From positions 2,705 through 66,704 of the forward strand of contig JAOAPR010000248.1 of the NCBI GenBank assembly GCA_025463005.1: a DNA stretch of 64,000 nucleotides. The letters are read 5' to 3'. The notes under the pieces were generated by a model, which saw only the letters and a program-made list of their open reading frames with translations, ran no database searches and had not been told where the DNA came from. Positions 58,384-64,000 of the stretch are shown piece by piece. The DNA comes from Bryobacterales bacterium (GTDB lineage Bacteria > Acidobacteriota > Terriglobia > Bryobacterales > Bryobacteraceae). The translations under genes and the position numbers were made by a program. Position 1 is the first letter of the stretch; every line of letters begins with the position of its first letter.

Positions 58384-59625
58384 GTGAAATCCCAAGCTTC
58401 CTTTTTCGAGGCCGCGGCAGTAGCGCTGGATTCCCTGCGCGGCAGCAAGCTGCGGAGTTTCCTGACGCTATTGGGCATTATTCTGTCCACCACGACGCTG
58501 ATTTCCGTGATGTCGGTGATCCACGGGATGGACGTGGTGGTGGCCAACAGCGCCTCTACCATGGGAACCGAAGGCTTCCGCGTACTGCGTTTCGCGTTCA
58601 TCAATAACTGGGATCCCAAGAAGTTCCTGGAGTACCAGCGTAAGAATCCGCAGCTTTCTCTGGAAGAATATGACTTCCTGAAGGACCGGGTCACTTTGGT
58701 TAAGGAAATGAGCCCGTCGGCCCAGCGCGGCACCAAGGTCACATATGAAGGGGACCTGGTGGATGGAGTCGCGCTGATTTCTTTCAACTCGACCGGCGCT
58801 TCTTTGAGTAATACCGAGATCGAAACGGGCCGTATGTTTACGGCCACCGAAGACCAGCGTCATGTCGAGGTCGTGGTGCTGGGTGCGGATCTGAAGCAGC
58901 GGTTCTTTCCGAACGTGGATCCGATTGGAAAGAGCGTCCAGGTCGATGGCCGCCCATTTCAAGTGATTGGAGTCGCCAAGCCCAAGGGGAGCGTATTCGG
59001 GCAGTCCCAGGATAATTTCATATCCATTCCCATCCAGACCTACGTGAAGATCTACGGGGCCAGGACCGGGCTGCAGTACAACTTCTCGGCACTGACAAAG
59101 GATCGGATGGCGGAAGCACAGGACGAAATTCGCGTGCTGCTGCGCGCTTCGCGGCACCTCCGCCCGGACCAGGACGATACGTTCATGATCCTCTCCTCCG
59201 ACACGCTGATCGCGGCTTGGAACAGCTTGACGGGCGCAATCGCCGCGGCAGCGATCGGGATTGTCAGCGTATTCATGGTGGTCGGCGGCGTAGTCATCAT
59301 GAACATTATGCTCGCGGTGGTGAGCGAGCGAACGCGTGAAATCGGGGTGCGCAAAAGCGTGGGAGCGCGCCGGCAGGACATCCTGAACCAGTTCCTGGTG
59401 GAATCATCCATGTTGTCGGGCATCGGCGGATTGATCGGCGTCACGATTTCCTGGCTGGTGGCGCTGATTGTCCGCAACACCACGCTGGTTCCGATGGAGA
59501 CGCCGATCAACGGCGTGATTATCGGGGTGACGTTGTCGGCGGCGGTAGGATTGTTTTTCGGAATTTATCCGGCGCGGCGGGCGTCTCGTCTGGATCCGAT
59601 CGTGGCCCTGCGGGCGGAAAGCTGA
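58384..59625 (+). CDS. MacB-like ABC transporter permease (MacB periplasmic domain plus FtsX domain)
   Basis: N-terminus ..ALDSLRGSKLRSFLTLLGIILS.., a large periplasmic loop, and C-terminus ..ERTREIGVRKSVGARRQDILNQFLVES.. and ..YPARRASRLDPIVALRAE. Confidence 0.85.
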   Translation: MKSQASFFEAAAVALDSLRGSKLRSFLTLLGIILSTTTLISVMSVIHGMDVVVANSASTMGTEGFRVLRFAFINNWDPKKFLEYQRKNPQLSLEEYDFLKDRVTLVKEMSPSAQRGTKVTYEGDLVDGVALISFNSTGASLSNTEIETGRMFTATEDQRHVEVVVLGADLKQRFFPNVDPIGKSVQVDGRPFQVIGVAKPKGSVFGQSQDNFISIPIQTYVKIYGARTGLQYNFSALTKDRMAEAQDEIRVLLRASRHLRPDQDDTFMILSSDTLIAAWNSLTGAIAAAAIGIVSVFMVVGGVVIMNIMLAVVSERTREIGVRKSVGARRQDILNQFLVESSMLSGIGGLIGVTISWLVALIVRNTTLVPMETPINGVIIGVTLSAAVGLFFGIYPARRASRLDPIVALRAES

Positions 59626-59641
59626 TCTCGGCGAACAACCC

Positions 59642-60871
59642 ATGAAGCTCCTGATATCGGTGATCGGGCTGGCCCTGGCGACGCTCCGCGAGAACAAAGT
59701 GCGTTCGTTCCTCACGCTGCTGGGAGTGATGATCGGTACGGGGACCATCATCGGCGTGGGATCGATCCTGACGGGCCTGGACGGCGCGGTAACGGGCGCG
59801 ATCCGCAGCCTGGGGACCAACACCGCCATCGTCATGCGAATCGGGCCGAGTTTCGGCGGGGGGCGAACGCCGGAGCAGCGCCAGCGCCGTCCGCTCACGT
59901 ATGAAAACGTCGTGGCGATCGCCGAGCGATGCCCGGCAGTGGAGCACGTGAGCCCGGTCCTGCAGCCGCCCAACGGCCTCCTACGGGCACGTTATAAGGG
60001 TAACGACGCGTTCCAACTTCAGATGTTCGGCACCTTCGAGCATTACGCCACGGCGGGCCAGGCCGACATGATGGCGGGCCGCTTCTTTACCGATTCCGAA
60101 GACCGCCATCGCATGCCCGTGACGGTGATCGGCCAGGACATCTACAAGCAGCTATTCGGCAAGGAAGACGCGATCGGGAAGATCGTTCTGGTGGCGGGAC
60201 ACGAGCTGCAAGTAATCGGTGTGATGAACCCTCCCGCCACCGCTCTGCCGGGCCAGAATGACACGCGTGTGATCGTCCCCTACTTCACCATGCGCAAGCT
60301 GTTTCCTACCGCGCAGGAACACCAGTTGATCGTGCAAGCCAAAGAAGGGCAACTGGCCGTGGCGATCGACGAGATGCGCGCAGTGCTCCGGCAGGAGCGT
60401 CGCGTCCCGTTAAACAAGCCCGATAGCTTCGATATCTCGACGGCGGACCAGCTCGTAGATCAATTTCGTTCGGTCACTTCGGTGGTGGCTCTGGTGATGG
60501 TGGTGCTCAGTTCGATCGGACTACTGGTGGGCGGTATCGGCGTGATGAATATCATGCTGGTCTCGGTGACCGAGCGGACCCGGGAAATCGGAGTGCGCAA
60601 GGCCATAGGCGCGCGCCGGGGCGACATCATCATCCAGTTCCTGACCGAGGCCGTGGTGCTCACCGGACTGGGCGGACTGATCGGCATGCTGTTTGGCTGG
60701 GCGGTTTCGCAAGTCACGCGCTTCTTCCTGCCAAATCTGCCGACGCTGGTGCCGCTATGGGCCGTCGCGCTGGGGATCGTGGTGAGCGTCGGCATCGGCG
60801 TGTTCTTTGGCATCTGGCCGGCTAGCAAGGCGGCACGCCTCGATCCGGTGGAAGCTCTCCGGTACGAATAA
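59642..60871 (+). CDS. MacB-like ABC transporter permease, second copy
   Basis: ..LATLRENKVRSFLTLLGVMIG.., ..ERTREIGVRKAIGARRGDIIIQFLTEA.. and ..WPASKAARLDPVEALRYE. Confidence 0.85.
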   Translation: MKLLISVIGLALATLRENKVRSFLTLLGVMIGTGTIIGVGSILTGLDGAVTGAIRSLGTNTAIVMRIGPSFGGGRTPEQRQRRPLTYENVVAIAERCPAVEHVSPVLQPPNGLLRARYKGNDAFQLQMFGTFEHYATAGQADMMAGRFFTDSEDRHRMPVTVIGQDIYKQLFGKEDAIGKIVLVAGHELQVIGVMNPPATALPGQNDTRVIVPYFTMRKLFPTAQEHQLIVQAKEGQLAVAIDEMRAVLRQERRVPLNKPDSFDISTADQLVDQFRSVTSVVALVMVVLSSIGLLVGGIGVMNIMLVSVTERTREIGVRKAIGARRGDIIIQFLTEAVVLTGLGGLIGMLFGWAVSQVTRFFLPNLPTLVPLWAVALGIVVSVGIGVFFGIWPASKAARLDPVEALRYE

Positions 60872-60882
60872 CTCTCCTATGC

Positions 60883-60919
60883 ATTCCCACAAGAGCGGTG
60901 GTATGCTCCCTTTGGGAAT
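60883..60919. promoter_or_regulatory. Inverted repeat upstream of the PadR gene (candidate operator)
   Basis: ATTCCCA (60883-60889), 23 nt, TGGGAAT (60913-60919), ending 11 nt before the PadR ATG. Speculative. Confidence 0.25.
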
Positions 60920-60930
60920 CCAATAGGAAC

Positions 60931-61275
60931 ATGCCCGAGAAAAGCGATGTTTGGCAGGGCACGCTGGCCCTGATGGTTTTAAAGACGCTCCACGCGCTGG
61001 GGGCGATGCACGGATACGGCATCGCGCGGCGGATCGAGCAGACCAGCGAAAACCTGTTGTCGATCAATCACGGCACACTTTACCCGGTGCTGCTGAAGCT
61101 GGAGCAAGAGGGATCCATCCAATCGGAATGGGGCGTTTCTGACAATAACCGCAAGGCCAAGTTCTACCGGATCACCAAATCGGGCAAGAAAGAATTGACC
61201 GCCGCAGAGCGCGAGTGGCAGCGCGCCAACGACATTATGGCGCGTTTCTCGGCCCTGCAAGGAGGTTCGTCATGA
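60931..61275 (+). CDS. PadR family transcriptional regulator
   Basis: ..GTLALMVLKTL...AMHGYGIARRIEQ.S......NHGTLYPVLLKLEQEGSI.SEWG.S.NNRKAKFYRITK.G is the canonical PadR winged helix. Confidence 0.85.
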   Translation: MPEKSDVWQGTLALMVLKTLHALGAMHGYGIARRIEQTSENLLSINHGTLYPVLLKLEQEGSIQSEWGVSDNNRKAKFYRITKSGKKELTAAEREWQRANDIMARFSALQGGSS

Positions 61276-63923
61276 AGGCGTTGCGCCGCGGATGGAAACG
61301 TCTGTTAGGATCCCTCTCCAGCGAAAAAGAGGATCTGTCAGATGAGATACGCTCGCACATCGAGATGCAGACCGACGACAATCTTCGCGCGGGCATGCCG
61401 CCGGAGGAAGCCCGCCGTCAAGCGAAACTCAAGTTTGGCGGGCTCGATTCCACGAAGGAGAGTTATCGCGACCAGCGAGGCCTGCCGTGGCTCGAGACCG
61501 CCTTCGCCGATTTTCGGTACGCTGCGCGAGCGCTGCGCAAAAGCCCCAGCTTTACCATCGTTGCCGTGCTGACTCTGGCGGTGGGTATTGGAGCCAATAC
61601 AGCCATCTTCAGCCTGGTGAATCAGGTTCTGCTGCATCCGCCGGGGATCTCGCAGCCCGAGCGCATTGTTGTGCTGCGCACGAAGTACGACAAGCTGAAG
61701 TTAAACTTCGAGGTTGCCGCGCCGCCGGCGCTCGATGCCATGCGGAACCGAAAGGAAGTATTCGAGCATGCCGCGGCGTTGCAGGGACGAAGCTTCAACT
61801 ACGGAGGGCAACAGGTTCCCGAGAGACTTCTGGGCGGGGCGGTCTCGGCCGAATGGTTCGACGTCTTTGGCGCACGGCCGAAACTGGGACGCGTGTTCAC
61901 TCCGGAGGAAGATCAGCCTAGCGCGAACCGGGTGGTGGTGCTCGCCCATGCCGCCTGGCTGAGGTTGTTCGGTGGGGACCCGAAAGTGATCGGGCGATCA
62001 ATCGAGCTGAACCAGCAGCCGTACCAAGTTATTGGCGTCATGAATCGCGATTTCCGCTGGCCCACCTCGGTGGATTTATGGGTGCCGCTGGCGTTGCCGC
62101 CGCGCGCATTTACGCCACAGAACTGGTTCAACGAGAACCTGTGGATTGCCGCGCGCATCCGGCCGGGTGTGCCGCCGACGCAAGCGGACGTGTTCCTGAA
62201 GACACTGACGAATCGTGTATTGGAACAGGCTCCGCCAGAGGCAAAGCGTGACATTTCGGAGGCCGGTTGGGGTCTGCTGACAATGCCGTTTCGCGACTCC
62301 CGCGCAGGCGTGGCCAAGACACCGGTGCTGATCCTGCTGGGCGCGGTGGGAATGGTGCTGTTGATCGCATGTTCTAACATCGCGGGGCTGATGCTGGCGC
62401 GCACATCGGTGCGAGCAAGGGAGCTCGCCGTGCGCGCGGCCTTGGGGGCGACGCGGGTTCGTCTGATGCGCGCAGTACTGGCCGAAAGCCTGCTGCTGTC
62501 CGTGACGGGAGGCGCGGTGGGCATAGCAATGGCGCAGGCAGCAGCTGGTTTGCTTCTGCGCTTGGCTCCGGAAAGCGCGGCCGCGGGGCTGGAGCCTCTA
62601 CTGGACGGATACGTACTGTGGTTCGCTGTTGCGGCGAGCCTGGTTTCGGCTGCCTTTTTCGGGCTCGTACCAGCGTGGCAATTATCGAAGGTGGATCCGC
62701 AGCAGAGGTTGCGGAGCGGCGCGCGGACGTTCGCGGGAGGGGTGAGGCAAAGGCTGCGGTCGGGCCTGGTAGTGGCGGAGGCGGCGCTCGCGCTGGTGTT
62801 GCTGGTGATGACTGGCCTGTTTTTGCGGAGCCTGGCGCGGCTGCAAGAAACCAATCCGGGCTTCGAGCCGCGAGGGGTGATGACGGCGTCCTTCTCGCTA
62901 CCCACACAAGCCTACGCAGACGGCAAAGCGCAGGCTGTCTTCATTCGGAGCGTGCTGGAGCGGCTGGGGCGAGTGAACGGAGTGACGGCGGCTACTGTCG
63001 GCGAGCCGATTCCATTCAGTAACGAATTCGAGGGTGGCTCATTCCAGATCGTGGCGCGGACGGTTGTGCAGGGTGAGCCTGGCCCGCATGCCGAACGGCG
63101 GTGGGTTACGCCCGACTACCTAAAGACGTTCGGAATCCCGCTTAAGGAGGGCCGCTTCTTCACCGATCTGGACCGTCTGGGCACGGAGCCCGTGGCAGTG
63201 ATCGACGAAAGACTGGCCCGGCGGTATTGGCCGAATGAGAATCCACTGGATAAGCGCGTGGAACCGACCTCGGGAGAGGGGAAACTGAGGATCGTGGGGG
63301 TAGTAGGGCACGTGATGCAGTCGGATCTGGCCAGTGACGAGGACGAAGGAGTGCTGTACGCCAGCATCTTGCAACACCCGATGCCGCTTGGGTCCATAGC
63401 AGTGAAGACCTCGGGCGACGTGGGTGCGCTGGCGGCTGTGATTCGCGATGCGGTACGGGAGACCGATGCGGGTCTACCACTGTTCAACTTGAAATCGATG
63501 GATACGATGATCGGCAACTCTCTGGCGCCCCGGCGCTTCCTTCTGCGCCTCCTGGGCTTCTTCGCAGCTGCCGCACTCTTCTTGGCGGCGCTTGGACTCT
63601 ACGGCGTCATCAGCTACTCCGTCGCGCAGCGCACTCGCGAGATAGGTATTCGTATCGCCCTGGGCGCCGAGCGGCTATCGGTGCTAAAACTCGTGGTCGG
63701 GCAAGGATTTGTGCTGGCGGCGATCGGCGTAGTCATCGGTATCGCCGCCGCAGCCTTGACCGGACGCTTCCTTGAAAGCCAGTTGTTCCAGGTGAGCGCG
63801 TTCGATCCGCTGACGATTTTCGTGACTGCGGGCGCGCTGCTCATGGCTGGACTAGTCGCGAGCTACCTGCCGGCGCGGAGAGCGGTGCGTGTCGATCCGG
63901 CAGTGACCTTGCGATGCGATTGA
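61272..63923 (+). CDS. ADOP-family duplicated permease (acidobacterial duplicated orphan permease; two MacB/FtsX-like halves)
   Basis: ATG 61272 overlaps the PadR TGA (ATGA). ..EIRSHIEMQTDDNLRAGMPPEEARRQAKLKFGG...KE..RD.RGL.WLE....D.RYA.R.LRKSP.FT.VAVLTLA.GIGANTAIFS is the characteristic N-terminus. The C-terminus ends ..RRAVRVDPAVTLRCD. Confidence 0.9.
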   Translation: MKALRRGWKRLLGSLSSEKEDLSDEIRSHIEMQTDDNLRAGMPPEEARRQAKLKFGGLDSTKESYRDQRGLPWLETAFADFRYAARALRKSPSFTIVAVLTLAVGIGANTAIFSLVNQVLLHPPGISQPERIVVLRTKYDKLKLNFEVAAPPALDAMRNRKEVFEHAAALQGRSFNYGGQQVPERLLGGAVSAEWFDVFGARPKLGRVFTPEEDQPSANRVVVLAHAAWLRLFGGDPKVIGRSIELNQQPYQVIGVMNRDFRWPTSVDLWVPLALPPRAFTPQNWFNENLWIAARIRPGVPPTQADVFLKTLTNRVLEQAPPEAKRDISEAGWGLLTMPFRDSRAGVAKTPVLILLGAVGMVLLIACSNIAGLMLARTSVRARELAVRAALGATRVRLMRAVLAESLLLSVTGGAVGIAMAQAAAGLLLRLAPESAAAGLEPLLDGYVLWFAVAASLVSAAFFGLVPAWQLSKVDPQQRLRSGARTFAGGVRQRLRSGLVVAEAALALVLLVMTGLFLRSLARLQETNPGFEPRGVMTASFSLPTQAYADGKAQAVFIRSVLERLGRVNGVTAATVGEPIPFSNEFEGGSFQIVARTVVQGEPGPHAERRWVTPDYLKTFGIPLKEGRFFTDLDRLGTEPVAVIDERLARRYWPNENPLDKRVEPTSGEGKLRIVGVVGHVMQSDLASDEDEGVLYASILQHPMPLGSIAVKTSGDVGALAAVIRDAVRETDAGLPLFNLKSMDTMIGNSLAPRRFLLRLLGFFAAAALFLAALGLYGVISYSVAQRTREIGIRIALGAERLSVLKLVVGQGFVLAAIGVVIGIAAAALTGRFLESQLFQVSAFDPLTIFVTAGALLMAGLVASYLPARRAVRVDPAVTLRCD

Positions 63924-64000
63924 GCCCGCTCCACTGTTACTGCCTTGGCTCGGAAGTCGCGTTCGCCAGTTCCAGTGCCCGCGTTCTAACACCGCGGAGA

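Overview
GC-rich chromosomal segment with a strong Acidobacteriota signature. It carries an ADOP-type duplicated permease next to a PadR regulator, two VWFA-related acidobacterial-domain proteins, three carboxypeptidase-regulatory-domain TonB-dependent receptors and futalosine-pathway menaquinone genes. Gene density is high on both strands. Several starts overlap the preceding stop (ATGA or TTGA), and several convergent gene pairs have zero or negative spacing. I found no rRNA, tRNA, CRISPR array, IS element or prophage. Housekeeping genes are thiC (partial), metX-metW-rluD, thrC, carA-carB, rpsU, surE, purM-purN, mqnE plus a UbiA-type prenyltransferase, and rfbD. The accessory content is mostly periplasmic redox proteins: two tandem Tat-signal ThDP enzymes followed by a cytochrome c, a PQQ dehydrogenase start-coupled to a dihaem cytochrome c, a sulfite-oxidase-family enzyme fused to a cytochrome c domain, a sulfatase and a PQQ sugar dehydrogenase. 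The main leads are: (1) the apparently periplasmic ThDP-enzyme/cytochrome c module; (2) an uncharacterised two-gene secreted cassette present twice, whose small protein has a mature His-His N-terminus; (3) a PQQ dehydrogenase with the D-Y-D lanthanide signature but no vicinal Cys pair, partnered with a CX4CH haem motif; (4) a receptor paralog inactivated at a C7 homopolymer and by an amber codon; (5) a ~76-nt palindromic repeat present three times, once inside the carA-carB spacer. All family calls rest on by-eye motif recognition. No database search was run.
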